Shown: positions 18,345-27,716 of the stretch, in pieces
How the letters are laid out: each line of letters starts with the position of its first letter
Numbering within the stretch: position 1 is the stretch's first letter
Program-made: the position numbers and the translations under genes
Notes under the pieces: generated by a model
What the model saw: the letters and a program-made list of their open reading frames with translations, nothing else
Told to the model about the DNA's origin: nothing
The model's database searches: none
Assembly: GCA_965223005.1 (NCBI GenBank)
Contig: CBDCVK010000010.1
Coordinates: 420,820 to 484,819, forward strand
Direction of reading: 5' to 3'
Length of the DNA stretch: 64,000 nt
Source of the DNA: Terriglobia bacterium
GTDB lineage: Bacteria; Acidobacteriota; Terriglobia; JAJPHL01; JAPKYU01

Positions 18345-19829
18345 ATGCCCTACGTCCTGGCACTGGATGAAGGTACGACCACCACGCGGGCGATTCTATT
18401 TGACGAGCAGGGAGCCCAGCGAGCCATAGCCAGCCGGCCCATCCAGTGCCGGTATCCCCGCGAAGGTTGGGTCGAGCAGGACGCCGAGCAAATCTGGGAG
18501 ACGCAGCTAGAAGCCGCCCGCCAGGCGCTGGCCAGCGCCGGGGTCCAAGCGCGCGAGGTGGCCGCGCTGGGCATTAGCAACCAGCGCGAGACCACTTTGC
18601 TTTGGGAACGCAAGAGCGGGCGCGCGGTGACCCCCGCCATTGTCTGGCAGGATCGCCGCACCGCTGACTTGTGCGAGCAACTGCGGCGCGATGGACTGGA
18701 GGCGGAACTTACCCAGCGGAGCGGCCTGCTGGCCGACCCCTATTTCTCCGGCACCAAGCTACGATGGCTGCTGGACTCAGGATCCGGCCTGCGTCAACGC
18801 GCGGTGGCCGGGGATCTGCTGTTCGGCACGGTGGACTCCTGGCTGCTCTACAAGCTGACCAAGGGGCGCCTGCACGTCACCGATGCCTCGAACGCCTCAC
18901 GCACCCTGCTGTTTAACCTCAAGGAGCGCCGCTGGGACGAACGCCTGCTGGACATGCTCAAGGTGCCCGCCGAAGTACTGCCCTCGGTGCGCGGCTCCTC
19001 GGAGGTGTACGGGGAAAGCGATCCTGAATGGTTTGGAGGCCCCATTCCCATCGCCGGCATTGGCGGCGATCAGCAAACGGCGCTGTTCGGTCAGGCTTGC
19101 TTCCGGCCCGGCATGGCAAAAAACACCTACGGCACCGGCACGTTCCTGCTGCTGCACACTGGCAGCCAGCCGGTGCCGTCCCGCCACCGGCTGGTTTCCA
19201 CCGTGGCCTGCGCTCCGGCAGGCCAGCGTGCCTATGCATTGGAAGGCAGCGTGTTTATGGCGGGCGCGGCACTGGATTGGATGCGCGACACGCTGCGGCT
19301 GTTTCCCGACGCGGCTGCCAGCGTGGAGCTGGCGCAGTCAGTCGCCTCCAGCGGTGGCGTCTACGTGGTGCCGGCGTTTGTGGGTCTGGGCGCGCCTTAC
19401 TGGGACCCGCACGCTCGCGGGGCCATCCTGGGCCTTTCGCGCGGCACCACCGCCGCCCACATCGCACGCGCCACGCTGGAATCGATCGCCTATCAGACCC
19501 GGGACCTCGTAGAGGCCATGCAGCGCGACGCGCAGGTCGAAATCCGCGAATTGCGGGTGGATGGCGCCGCAGCCCGCAACGACTTCCTGCTCCAATTTCA
19601 GGCTGACCTGTTGGGCGCCCGCGTCGTTCGCCCCGCCTACACTGAAACCACCGCGCTGGGCGCCGCCTACCTGGCGGGCCTGGCAGTGGGCGTCTGGAAA
19701 ACCACTGACGAACTGGAAACGCTGTGGAAGCGGGAACGCATCTTTGAGCCGCGCCTGGACCCGGCCCGCCGCGAAGAACTCTACGCCGGCTGGAAGCAAG
19801 CCGTCGCCCGCGTGCTTTCCAGCGGTTAG
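18345..19829 (+). CDS. glpK: glycerol kinase
   Basis: YVLALDEGTTTTRAILFD start; FGGY kinase motifs across 494 aa. The track ORF from 18099 is an N-terminal over-extension. Confidence 0.9.
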   Translation: MPYVLALDEGTTTTRAILFDEQGAQRAIASRPIQCRYPREGWVEQDAEQIWETQLEAARQALASAGVQAREVAALGISNQRETTLLWERKSGRAVTPAIVWQDRRTADLCEQLRRDGLEAELTQRSGLLADPYFSGTKLRWLLDSGSGLRQRAVAGDLLFGTVDSWLLYKLTKGRLHVTDASNASRTLLFNLKERRWDERLLDMLKVPAEVLPSVRGSSEVYGESDPEWFGGPIPIAGIGGDQQTALFGQACFRPGMAKNTYGTGTFLLLHTGSQPVPSRHRLVSTVACAPAGQRAYALEGSVFMAGAALDWMRDTLRLFPDAAASVELAQSVASSGGVYVVPAFVGLGAPYWDPHARGAILGLSRGTTAAHIARATLESIAYQTRDLVEAMQRDAQVEIRELRVDGAAARNDFLLQFQADLLGARVVRPAYTETTALGAAYLAGLAVGVWKTTDELETLWKRERIFEPRLDPARREELYAGWKQAVARVLSSG

Positions 19830-19873
19830 TGTGAGCCGCTCAGGAAAAAGCCGGTCACGCTATTGGCACGCTA

Positions 19874-20383
19874 TTAACGCCCGACGCGCCAGGCCAGGAT
19901 GCCCACCAGCACCAGCTTGATCAGGTCCAGGAAGGTATAAGCGGCATGAAGCTTGCCGAAAGCGGCCATTTGCGGGGGAGGCGGGCTGCGTGGAACAAAA
20001 TCCAGGGTGCGTCCGAGGCTGCTGATGGCCGGAGTAATGACGCCCAGCATCACCACTACCAGCACCAGCAGGAGGCCGGCGAGGGTGAGGTTGGCCGGAG
20101 TGCGCGGCGTTTGTCTTAGCAACAGCACTAGCACGGCCGCGCCCAACACCAGTTGCACAGCGCCCCAAAGGCGGAACAACCAGCGGTTGAACTCCGAAGC
20201 CAGGTGTCGGTAGACCGGGCGTCGCGCGGCTTCCGGAACGGAGAGCAGCGTTGGCGCCGCCTCCGGCGTCGGTCGGCTGAGCACGCGGTCCACGTTACGG
20301 AAGCTGACCGTAGCCACCAGCCAGATCAGCAACGTGCCACCCATCCAGGCCCCTAGAAGCAACAGGATCGGTTTGGTCGGCAC
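19874..20383 (-). CDS. hypothetical membrane protein (4 TM helices)
   Basis: Hydrophobic segments. Lies 24 nt downstream of the HNH gene on the same strand. Confidence 0.45.
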   Translation of the reverse strand: MPTKPILLLLGAWMGGTLLIWLVATVSFRNVDRVLSRPTPEAAPTLLSVPEAARRPVYRHLASEFNRWLFRLWGAVQLVLGAAVLVLLLRQTPRTPANLTLAGLLLVLVVVMLGVITPAISSLGRTLDFVPRSPPPPQMAAFGKLHAAYTFLDLIKLVLVGILAWRVGR

Positions 20384-20407
20384 CTGCGTTTTCCCGGCCC
20401 AAGCGGC

Positions 20408-20926
20408 TCAGAAGAATAAGTACTTCCGCCAGGCGGCGTCGGACCTGCCCATCTGGCGCATCAGATGGCGGCTGGTATGCAGAGTGAAGGAGCGTGGGCG
20501 GCCGATGAGCCTCATGGCCGCTTCCTCCGGCAGGCGGTCACCTTTCTGGTTGTTGCAGGGATGGCAGCAGGCCACCAGATTCTCCCAACTGGAATCGCCG
20601 CCCCGCGAGCGCGGAACAATGTGGTCCAGCGTCAATTCTGAGGCCGGAAAGGCCCCGCTGCAGAACTGGCAGGTGTTGCGGTCCCGCATCAGGATGTTCT
20701 TGCGTGACAGAGCCCGGCCCTGGAAAGGGATGCGCCGGTATCCCAATAGACGGATCACGGAGGGCACACGTACCCTGCGCGACGGGGAGTGAAAGTAAGC
20801 TCGGCTTTCCTCCTCAGCGGAGGCCACGCCTTTCAGGATCAGCACCACGGCCCGGCGAGCGGCACAGACGTTGATGGGCTCGTAGGTGGCATTGAGAACG
20901 AGGACAGGAATGTGCAGCTCGCTCAT
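20408..20926 (-). CDS. HNH endonuclease family protein
   Basis: CQFC...[33 protein letters not shown], an HNH zinc-finger nuclease motif. Confidence 0.75.
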   Translation of the reverse strand: MSELHIPVLVLNATYEPINVCAARRAVVLILKGVASAEEESRAYFHSPSRRVRVPSVIRLLGYRRIPFQGRALSRKNILMRDRNTCQFCSGAFPASELTLDHIVPRSRGGDSSWENLVACCHPCNNQKGDRLPEEAAMRLIGRPRSFTLHTSRHLMRQMGRSDAAWRKYLFF

Positions 20927-21187
20927 TGAAATGGTTCAACTTTTCGCTTTGGAGTTGGGAAGGCGAAAGGCGAAGGCTGCAACCGGCAGGCGTGGATCAG
21001 GCCCCGACCAGCGGGGCCTCAGACTTCGGAAATCCAGGACCTGCGTCATGACTCGGCCGTTTCTCCCAGCTTCCTAAGAATCATAGCAGGAACGCCCCTT
21101 GGCGCTCAAGAGTGGCCGCCAGGAACGTGATGGACATTGGCCGGCCCCTGACGGGGGCGGAGCCCCCTCGTCCCGTTCCCCAATTAC

Positions 21188-21901
21188 TTATTCGGAGGCC
21201 AGCGCGCGGCGGCGATCCTCGGCATAAGCGGCAAGATTTCGGTTGGCGGAGACGATGGTTTCCAGGGCCTCGGCTACACCCGGCAGGGCGGGACCGGGAA
21301 TCACCACGTACAACTCATCTTCGCTCAACCCCGTGTATACCCGGTTCCCGATGCAACCCAAACTGGTGACGGCGCCGGCAGCGGAAAGCGCGGCAGGCAG
21401 GGCCATGCACGTGGGCCGTCCCAGCGCCGGCAGCGAAGAGTTCGCACCGGCGCGTGCCGCCGCCTCGCTGAGCAACATGGCGGCCGCCGGCCGGCAGGCG
21501 AACAGGACCACCTGCGGGGCCGTAGGCGCGTCGGCCAGCGGCGAATAGAGGACCGCCGCAGGCGTCCGGGGTAAACGCGGAATCCTCGGAATCTCGTCCA
21601 GGCTCAGGTAGCCCACCGAGGTCATCAGCCCCAGCGTCTCGTCCAGTTCCCGGGCGCGCTCCGGCGGAAGCTCGACGTTATGGGTGTAGCTGCCCACCGC
21701 ACAGTTGTAGTGGTCCGCCGGAACCGTGTAAAAGGTGCGCCCCTCAGCAGCCAGGCGCCAGAAGCTGCACCCGGAGGGCTCGCTCCCGCTGAACCTGGGA
21801 AGCTGAGTCGGTTCCTCGGGGAGAAAGCTCACTGCCACCGGCCTCCTGGTTAAGCCAAGCTGCTCGCAGAAGCGAAGCTCCAGTTCTTTTCTGTCACTCA
21901 T
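21188..21901 (-). CDS. DUF169-like uncharacterised protein
   Basis: 237-aa ORF with a cysteine-containing conserved segment (CSFW, YNCAVGSY). Family assignment by recollection only. Confidence 0.5.
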   Translation of the reverse strand: MSDRKELELRFCEQLGLTRRPVAVSFLPEEPTQLPRFSGSEPSGCSFWRLAAEGRTFYTVPADHYNCAVGSYTHNVELPPERARELDETLGLMTSVGYLSLDEIPRIPRLPRTPAAVLYSPLADAPTAPQVVLFACRPAAAMLLSEAAARAGANSSLPALGRPTCMALPAALSAAGAVTSLGCIGNRVYTGLSEDELYVVIPGPALPGVAEALETIVSANRNLAAYAEDRRRALASE

Positions 21902-21932
21902 GCTCGTTGCCTCCTACTCCGCCCCCGGTCGC

Positions 21933-22268
21933 TTACGAGCTCAGCGCGTCAATCTTGGCGGCCAGAATGAAATCGCTTTCCGTCAGCCCGTCAATCTTGT
22001 GCGTCCAGATCTTGACCCCCACCTTGCCCCAGGCGAGAAAGATATCCGGGTGATGCCCCTGCTCTTCAGCCAGGTTTCCCACCCGATTCACAAACTCCAA
22101 GGCGCTTCGGAAATCAGGGAAGCGGAAGGTTTTCTCGAGGTGGTGCTCCTCAACCACGCTCCAGCCGGGCACCTGTCGTTCGAGCCCCTCCAGTTCCGGC
22201 CCTTTGAGCGGCGGGACTCCGCCGCGACACGGTACGCAAGTCTTTGCGGCCAGTTCTGACACGTTCAT
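21933..22268 (-). CDS. phhB: 4a-hydroxytetrahydrobiopterin dehydratase (pterin-4a-carbinolamine dehydratase)
   Basis: EEHHLEKTFRFPDF...EEQGHHPDI...WTHKIDGLTESDF motif set. Start taken at MNVSE. Confidence 0.8.
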   Translation of the reverse strand: MNVSELAAKTCVPCRGGVPPLKGPELEGLERQVPGWSVVEEHHLEKTFRFPDFRSALEFVNRVGNLAEEQGHHPDIFLAWGKVGVKIWTHKIDGLTESDFILAAKIDALSS

Positions 22269-22378
22269 CCTCCTCTCCTGAATACCAAGAATACCACGAA
22301 ACGACAAAGGGGAAACGATGTGGCGCCCGGTCCCGATCTATGCTAGCTTGGAGTGGGCGTCCGGTCCCCTGGCCGCCA

Positions 22379-22396
22379 CGGAAATACTGATTTCCG
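22379..22396. promoter_or_regulatory. palindrome CGGAAAT-actg-ATTTCCG upstream of yggX
   Basis: 7-bp arms with a 4-nt spacer, about 40 nt upstream of the yggX ATG and next to an SD-like AGGAAAGG. Confidence 0.35.
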
Positions 22397-22435
22397 GAAC
22401 CCTCAGGAAAGGCCGCAGCGAATAGCACACAGCCA

Positions 22436-22714
22436 ATGGCACACAAAGTAAAGTGCGTTAAGTTTCAGAAAGAGCTCCCCGGGTTAGACGCCCCGCCCTG
22501 GAGCGGCGAACTGGGGCAGCGGGTCTACGACAATGTCTCGCAGGATGCCTGGAAGCTGTGGCTGGAACACCTGAAGATGGTCATCAATGAATACCGGCTC
22601 TTCCCGGCCGATCCGGAAGCGCAGAAGCTCATCGAGGGGCAGATGGAGCAATTCTTTTTTGGCGAAGGAGCCGCCCTCCCACCCGGTTACGTTCCACCCC
22701 AGGCCAAGAGCTGA
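22436..22714 (+). CDS. yggX: Fe(2+)-trafficking protein YggX family
   Basis: [39 protein letters not shown] pattern, about 90 aa. Confidence 0.8.
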   Translation: MAHKVKCVKFQKELPGLDAPPWSGELGQRVYDNVSQDAWKLWLEHLKMVINEYRLFPADPEAQKLIEGQMEQFFFGEGAALPPGYVPPQAKS

Positions 22715-22725
22715 GAAAGCAGCGC

Positions 22726-23991
22726 TTAGACAACTGCCAGCATCGGCGAGATCCGGAAGTGCAGGCGTCGGTGCGCTTCGCGCAACGCCTCCTCCACGGC
22801 CGCGGGCGAGGAAGCGCGGGCAAACAGGAAGCCCGGATAGCTGGCGCCCTCCGGCCAAGGCACCAGCTTCTGGTGCAGCTTGGCGGTAACGTGGACCTCT
22901 TCGACGCCTGGCACCCGCAAGGCGTCTTCCACTCCTTCCACTTCCTCGAAGACCCCGGCGCCGGGGATGGGAATCATCATGACCCCTGCCGCTGCGCTTT
23001 CTCGGGCAATTCCGTCGAGCGACTCGCCCCGGGCGTTGCGGATAACCAGCTCCTCCAGCGACATCCCCGCACCGAAGCGGAGGGCGCGCGAGCAAAGGCC
23101 GCCGATGGGCCGCGCAGCCAAATCCAACACCCAAGGACCGCGGTCATTCAAGCGGAACTCGGCGTGCACAGGGCCGTGGAACAGCCCCAGGGCGCGCACT
23201 GCGCGCTCCAAACACCCGGTCAGGGCTGCCTGCTCGCTCACCGGCAGTCGCGACGGGGTCACATAAATTGTCTCTTCGAAGTAGGGACCTTCCAACGGGT
23301 CAGGCTTGTCGAAGATGGCCAGAACCCGCAGCCTGCCCCGCCACATGAGCCCTTCCACCGCAAATTCGGACCCGGGAACAAACTCCTCCACCAGAATCTG
23401 CTCGGTCTCAGCCTCCTTCTTCACCTGGATTTCGGGGCTAGCCAGCAGCGCGGCGATGCGGTGGAAAGCGGCCGCGAATTGCTCCGGGTTGTCAGCGCGA
23501 ATGACGCCCCGGCTGGCGGCTAGCGACACAGGCTTCAGCACGCAGGGGAACGGGACGCAGGACACGCTCCCACCGTCGGCCGGAGGCGGCCCCTCGCGAC
23601 AGGAATAGCAGGCATAGGCAGGCACGTTCAGCCCCGCTTCCTCGAACCGCTGCCGGGCAAGGAACTTGTTGTGGCAGGCTTCGGCCCCCTCGGGGCTGTG
23701 CCAGGTGATTCCCAGCGCGCGGCAGGCTACCGCAGCCGTCACTGTGGGCTTGTCGCCAACCGCCGCCATAGCCTGGATGGGATGCTCGCGAGCGTAGCGG
23801 CAAATCTCATCGGCCGAGTGCGCAGGATCTTCAAAGTGCAGTGGCAGCGCAGCGTCCTGCCAGGGGTCTTCCAGCACGTGGCAGCGGTCGGTGCCCAACA
23901 CCATCTCCAGTCCTAAGCCACGGGCCACTTCGGCAAACGCTTGCGTCTGGTAGCCGGTGGTGGTGGCGAGAAGAAGGAGCCTGGGCGTCAT
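22726..23991 (-). CDS. ATP-grasp domain protein (carboxylate-amine/peptide ligase-like), function unknown
   Basis: A pre-ATP-grasp N-domain and a central ATP-grasp fold (VLKP...SRGV, EEFVPGSEFAVEG, AEFRLNDRGPWVLDLAARPIGG). Lies immediately downstream of the B12-rSAM gene on the same strand. Confidence 0.7.
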   Translation of the reverse strand: MTPRLLLLATTTGYQTQAFAEVARGLGLEMVLGTDRCHVLEDPWQDAALPLHFEDPAHSADEICRYAREHPIQAMAAVGDKPTVTAAVACRALGITWHSPEGAEACHNKFLARQRFEEAGLNVPAYACYSCREGPPPADGGSVSCVPFPCVLKPVSLAASRGVIRADNPEQFAAAFHRIAALLASPEIQVKKEAETEQILVEEFVPGSEFAVEGLMWRGRLRVLAIFDKPDPLEGPYFEETIYVTPSRLPVSEQAALTGCLERAVRALGLFHGPVHAEFRLNDRGPWVLDLAARPIGGLCSRALRFGAGMSLEELVIRNARGESLDGIARESAAAGVMMIPIPGAGVFEEVEGVEDALRVPGVEEVHVTAKLHQKLVPWPEGASYPGFLFARASSPAAVEEALREAHRRLHFRISPMLAVV

Positions 23992-24051
23992 TGCTTGCTT
24001 CTTACAGGGCTTGCTTCATACAAGAGCAAACTGCTCTTCGGTGGGTTCGGC

Positions 24052-25416
24052 TCAACAGTACCAGGGCTCGTTCAGGTAGGGCACGGTAGTACGCTGATAG
24101 GGATCGGGAACTCGCAGCGGCTGCGTAGAAATGCCTGCCGCATCGTGAGCCAGCTCCCAGACTTGGGAGAAAATCGCCCGCCGCGAGTGGCCCTCCTTTT
24201 CGGCCTGCCAGACCCGTCGTTGGACTTGCTCACACAAGCGGGCCACACGTGGGTCGGGATGCTTCCAGCGGTAACTCAACGCGGCCTCGTCGAAGCCCCC
24301 AGCGACGAGATGCCGCACCTCCTCCAGTTCCAGCAGCCGTGAACCGGTGGGGATCAGCAGCCGGATGGCGAGCTGGACGGGCGCCACCTGCTCGACCAGC
24401 TTCAGCTCGTCCAGTACCGCCAGCAGGTCGCAGTAGCCCCGCAGCGTGATCCACGGCGTAAAGGCGACAAAGGTCGGCGCCAGCACAAGGCCGGTGCGCC
24501 GGCATAGCTCCACGACGTCGTACAAATCGGCGCGGGTGTGCCCCTTGTCCAGCAGCTGCAATACGCGATCGTCCACCGATTCCACGGCGCTGGTAACAAA
24601 CTGGCAGCCGGTTTCGGCCAGCACCGGCAGCGCGGCGGCGTGCTTCCGCAGGTGCTCCACCTTGGCGGTCACATCGTAGGTAAGCCGGGGAAACTCATGG
24701 TGCAGAGTTCGCACAATTTCCAGCGAATGCCTGACGCCGTTTAGGAAATCGGGGTCGCCGAAGGTGATGTGTTCGGCGCCCGCCGCGACCTGGCGGCGAA
24801 TGTCCTCCAACACCACGTCCCGTTGCACCACCCGGAAGGCGCCGTTGTAGACCGGAACAACGGGGCAGTGGCGACAAAGGTGCTTGCAGCCGCGAGTGGC
24901 TTCGGTGTAGCCGACCGTACGCAGCTGCCCCTGGCCGTCGGTTAGCTGCGCGTAGGAGGACAACTCGGGCAGGCCGCTGCGGTCCGGCACGAGGAAAGTT
25001 TGGCGCGATAGCGAAACTAGCGGCTCTTTCTGCACACCCCGTCCGTCCGGCAGTTGCTCGAGCACGCGCACCAGGCCCCCTTCGAACTCACCCCCCAGAA
25101 TCGTTTCAGCGCCCAGACCACGCAGGTAGCTTTCGTTGAGCGGCGCGTAGAGGCCGTAGAAGCAGAGGTGGGCGCGAGGGTTGAGGCGGCGAACAGTTTC
25201 CGCACCCCGCGCCGCTATGCGCGTCGCAGTGTGCATCGGCACGTAGAACGCCACCAGATTGGCCGAACGAACCGGCTCTTCCTGCAGCTTCTCCCGGGAA
25301 AGGTCCAGGCAGGTGACCGAAGCCCCGGCCTGTCGCAGCCAGGCAGCGGGCGAAGCCAGCCCGAAGGGCTGGCGCCCCAGCTCGTAGGTCGAAATGAGAA
25401 CGACTTCCGGACTCAT
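24052..25416 (-). CDS. B12-binding domain radical SAM protein (class B rSAM)
   Basis: N-terminal B12-binding Rossmann segment (VVLISTYELGRQPFGLA, VAFYVPMHTA). Radical SAM cluster motif CKHLCRHCP. Start chosen at MSPEVV; the track ORF to 25809 is an over-extension. Confidence 0.7.
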   Translation of the reverse strand: MSPEVVLISTYELGRQPFGLASPAAWLRQAGASVTCLDLSREKLQEEPVRSANLVAFYVPMHTATRIAARGAETVRRLNPRAHLCFYGLYAPLNESYLRGLGAETILGGEFEGGLVRVLEQLPDGRGVQKEPLVSLSRQTFLVPDRSGLPELSSYAQLTDGQGQLRTVGYTEATRGCKHLCRHCPVVPVYNGAFRVVQRDVVLEDIRRQVAAGAEHITFGDPDFLNGVRHSLEIVRTLHHEFPRLTYDVTAKVEHLRKHAAALPVLAETGCQFVTSAVESVDDRVLQLLDKGHTRADLYDVVELCRRTGLVLAPTFVAFTPWITLRGYCDLLAVLDELKLVEQVAPVQLAIRLLIPTGSRLLELEEVRHLVAGGFDEAALSYRWKHPDPRVARLCEQVQRRVWQAEKEGHSRRAIFSQVWELAHDAAGISTQPLRVPDPYQRTTVPYLNEPWYC

Positions 25417-25521
25417 GCGGCGGCGGCTCCCAGGCGCGCTCACATTCATGATACCAAAACCCGCGCTCGGCCTGCCGGGCGTACAGCAATTCCGGCCCAC
25501 GGGGGTGGGCAAGAATTCTGC

Positions 25522-25550
25522 TTGCACTCTGAGGGCGGTCTCGATATACT
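25522..25550 (+). promoter_or_regulatory. putative sigma70 promoter (TTGCAC - 17 nt - TATACT) for the membrane-protein/wHTH pair
   Basis: TTGCAC at 25522-25527 and TATACT at 25545-25550, in the 156-nt divergent intergenic region with the rSAM gene. Confidence 0.4.
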
Positions 25551-25572
25551 TTGCGACACAAAGCTTGCAGCC

Positions 25573-26202
25573 ATGCCACCGGAACTGAACGAGGCACTGG
25601 AGCAGATCAGCGCGATCCGCGGGCACCTGGTGACTGCGGAAACCTTCCGCGGCTACCGGGCCGTGCCTGCTGCGGCTACTGGCGTAGTGGCGCTGCTGGC
25701 GGCGCTGGCGCAGCCGACGTTGGCCGGCGACCTGGTGGTTCAGCCTGTGCGGTACGTCATGCTTTGGGTGGGGGCTGCGGTGCTGTGCGCGGCCGGCGTT
25801 GGCGCGCAAATGCTGCTTGGCTATCTGAACTGTGCCTCAGCCCATCGGCGCGCCACCACGCGAATCGTGGTGGGGCAACTGCTGCCCTCGCTGACGGCCG
25901 GCGCGCTGCTGACCTGGATCCTGACCTGGCGGCAACCCGATTCGGTAGCCTTGTTGCCGGGCCTGTGGGCGATGCTGGTCAGCCTGGGCGTATTTGCCTC
26001 GCGGCGTCACCTGCCGCGAACCATCGGCTGGGTGGGCCTGTACTACTTGGTGTGTGGGGCCGCGATCCTGCACTACTTGCCCGGACGGGAAGCACTGGCA
26101 CCGTGGGTGATGGGGGCAACCTTCGGCGTCGGCCAGTTGGCAGCCGCGCTGGTGCTCTACTGGAATCTGGAGAGAAATGGCTCGGAAGAGGAAGCAGTCT
26201 GA
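25573..26202 (+). CDS. hypothetical integral membrane protein
   Basis: 209 aa with several hydrophobic helices. Overlaps the downstream regulator gene by 26 nt. Confidence 0.5.
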   Translation: MPPELNEALEQISAIRGHLVTAETFRGYRAVPAAATGVVALLAALAQPTLAGDLVVQPVRYVMLWVGAAVLCAAGVGAQMLLGYLNCASAHRRATTRIVVGQLLPSLTAGALLTWILTWRQPDSVALLPGLWAMLVSLGVFASRRHLPRTIGWVGLYYLVCGAAILHYLPGREALAPWVMGATFGVGQLAAALVLYWNLERNGSEEEAV

Positions 26203-26605
26203 AACCCAACCGACCGGCGGACGCTTTGCCTACGAAGGCTTGGACCGGCTGCTGCACGAACGCGCGCGCCTGGGCATTCTGACCACTCTGGCCACTCGCC
26301 CGGACGGCGTGCTGTTCTCTGACCTGAAGGAACTGTGCGCGCTCACCGACGGCAACCTCAGCCGCCACCTGCAGGTGCTGCACGAGGCCGGCCTGGTCGA
26401 GGTCTGGAAGCGGTTTGAGAACCGGCGCCCGCAGACACTTTGCCGCCTCTCGCGGCAAGGGCGCGAGAGGTTCCTGGTTTACTTGACGGTGTTGGAAGAG
26501 GTGGTGCAGGACGCGGCCGTGACTCGCAGGGCGCTGCTGAAGCATTCCCGCAAGCCCCGGAAGGGAGAGGCGTTGGCCGCCTCCAGCGGCTGGGTGCCGG
26601 CCTGA
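26177..26605 (+). CDS. winged-helix transcriptional regulator (HTH_34-like)
   Basis: LHERARLGILTTLA...FSDLKELCALTDGNLSRHLQVLHEAGLVEV...RRPQTLCRLSRQGRERF, a winged HTH pattern. Confidence 0.6.
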   Translation: MARKRKQSETQPTGGRFAYEGLDRLLHERARLGILTTLATRPDGVLFSDLKELCALTDGNLSRHLQVLHEAGLVEVWKRFENRRPQTLCRLSRQGRERFLVYLTVLEEVVQDAAVTRRALLKHSRKPRKGEALAASSGWVPA

Positions 26606-26684
26606 GCAGTTTTTTTGTGGCATTTAACTTTGTACTACAGAGGTCTACATAACGCAAAGTACATTCCCAACACGGAGGCTCTCA

Positions 26685-27539
26685 ATGCAAGTCATCCGCG
26701 CCGAGGCCATGGGACTCTGTTTCGGGGTTCGCGACGCGCTGGAATCCATCGCCGCAGTCCCCGACCCGCACCACGTCACCGTTTACGGTGAGCTGGTGCA
26801 CAACGAGGAAGTGAACCGCCGGCTGGCGGAGCGCGGCTTTCGGCAGCTCACCGAGCACAGCCGGAAGCAGGCAGTGCCGGAAACGCCGGTAGTGCTGATC
26901 ACCGCGCACGGCATCAGCAACGAGGAGCGCGCGCGGCTCGAGTCCACCGGCCGCCGCCTGCTGGACACCACCTGTCCCCTGGTGCGCCGGGCGCACCAGG
27001 CCGCGCTGCGACTGGATGCCGAAGGCTGCTTGGTGCTGGTGATCGGGCGCCGGGGGCATGTGGAAGTGCGGGGGCTGGTGGGGGACCTTCGTCGCTGCGA
27101 GGTGGTGGAATCGCCCGCCGAGGTCCGCAGCTACCCGGCCGAGCGGCTTGGGGTGATCTGCCAGACGACCACCCCTGATGCGCTGCTTCGCGCGGTGCTG
27201 CGTGCGGTGCAGGCCAAGAATCCCGCCACGCAGATCCGGTTCGTGGATACCGTTTGCCGTCCCACCCGTGAGCGGCAGCAGGCGCTCGAGCGCCTGTTGC
27301 CGGCTGTGGACGCCCTGGTGGTGGTGGGCGGCAAGAATTCGCGCAATACTCGGGAGTTAGCCGAAACGGCGCGCGCCCGGGGCGTCCGAACCCTACAGGT
27401 CCAGAGTGCGGCCGAGCTGCGCCCGGCCTGGTTCCAGGAGTACCACACGGTCGGACTGACGGCCGGGACCTCGACGCTCGACGAAACCATCGAGGAAGTG
27501 CATCGCCGACTGTTGGCCCTGGCGGTCGAGGCCTACTAG
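26685..27539 (+). CDS. ispH: 4-hydroxy-3-methylbut-2-enyl diphosphate reductase
   Basis: MGLCFGVRDALE, TTCPLV, QTT, IRFVDTVCRPTRERQ, VVVGGKNSRNT: the characteristic three-Cys IspH/LytB pattern. Confidence 0.85.
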   Translation: MQVIRAEAMGLCFGVRDALESIAAVPDPHHVTVYGELVHNEEVNRRLAERGFRQLTEHSRKQAVPETPVVLITAHGISNEERARLESTGRRLLDTTCPLVRRAHQAALRLDAEGCLVLVIGRRGHVEVRGLVGDLRRCEVVESPAEVRSYPAERLGVICQTTTPDALLRAVLRAVQAKNPATQIRFVDTVCRPTRERQQALERLLPAVDALVVVGGKNSRNTRELAETARARGVRTLQVQSAAELRPAWFQEYHTVGLTAGTSTLDETIEEVHRRLLALAVEAY

Positions 27540-27716
27540 GAGCCATCCGCGTCCTCTTCCCGGAACTGCAACGACCCGTCCTCCGCTTCGCTGGCAGCCT
27601 CCTTCTGTCGCCTAGCAGCCCTGGGCAGTTGGGTTCACTGCTCGGCCGAAACAGCAGATCCATCCCTCCACTCAGGCGCTGAGCTCGGGATGACAGAGGA
27701 AGTGGATCGGTTGGTT

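Noticed and set aside
25417-25809. 131-codon N-terminal extension of the B12-rSAM ORF
   Set aside because: Arg/His-rich low-complexity translation that overlaps the divergent promoter region; the B12-binding domain begins at MSPEVVLISTYE.
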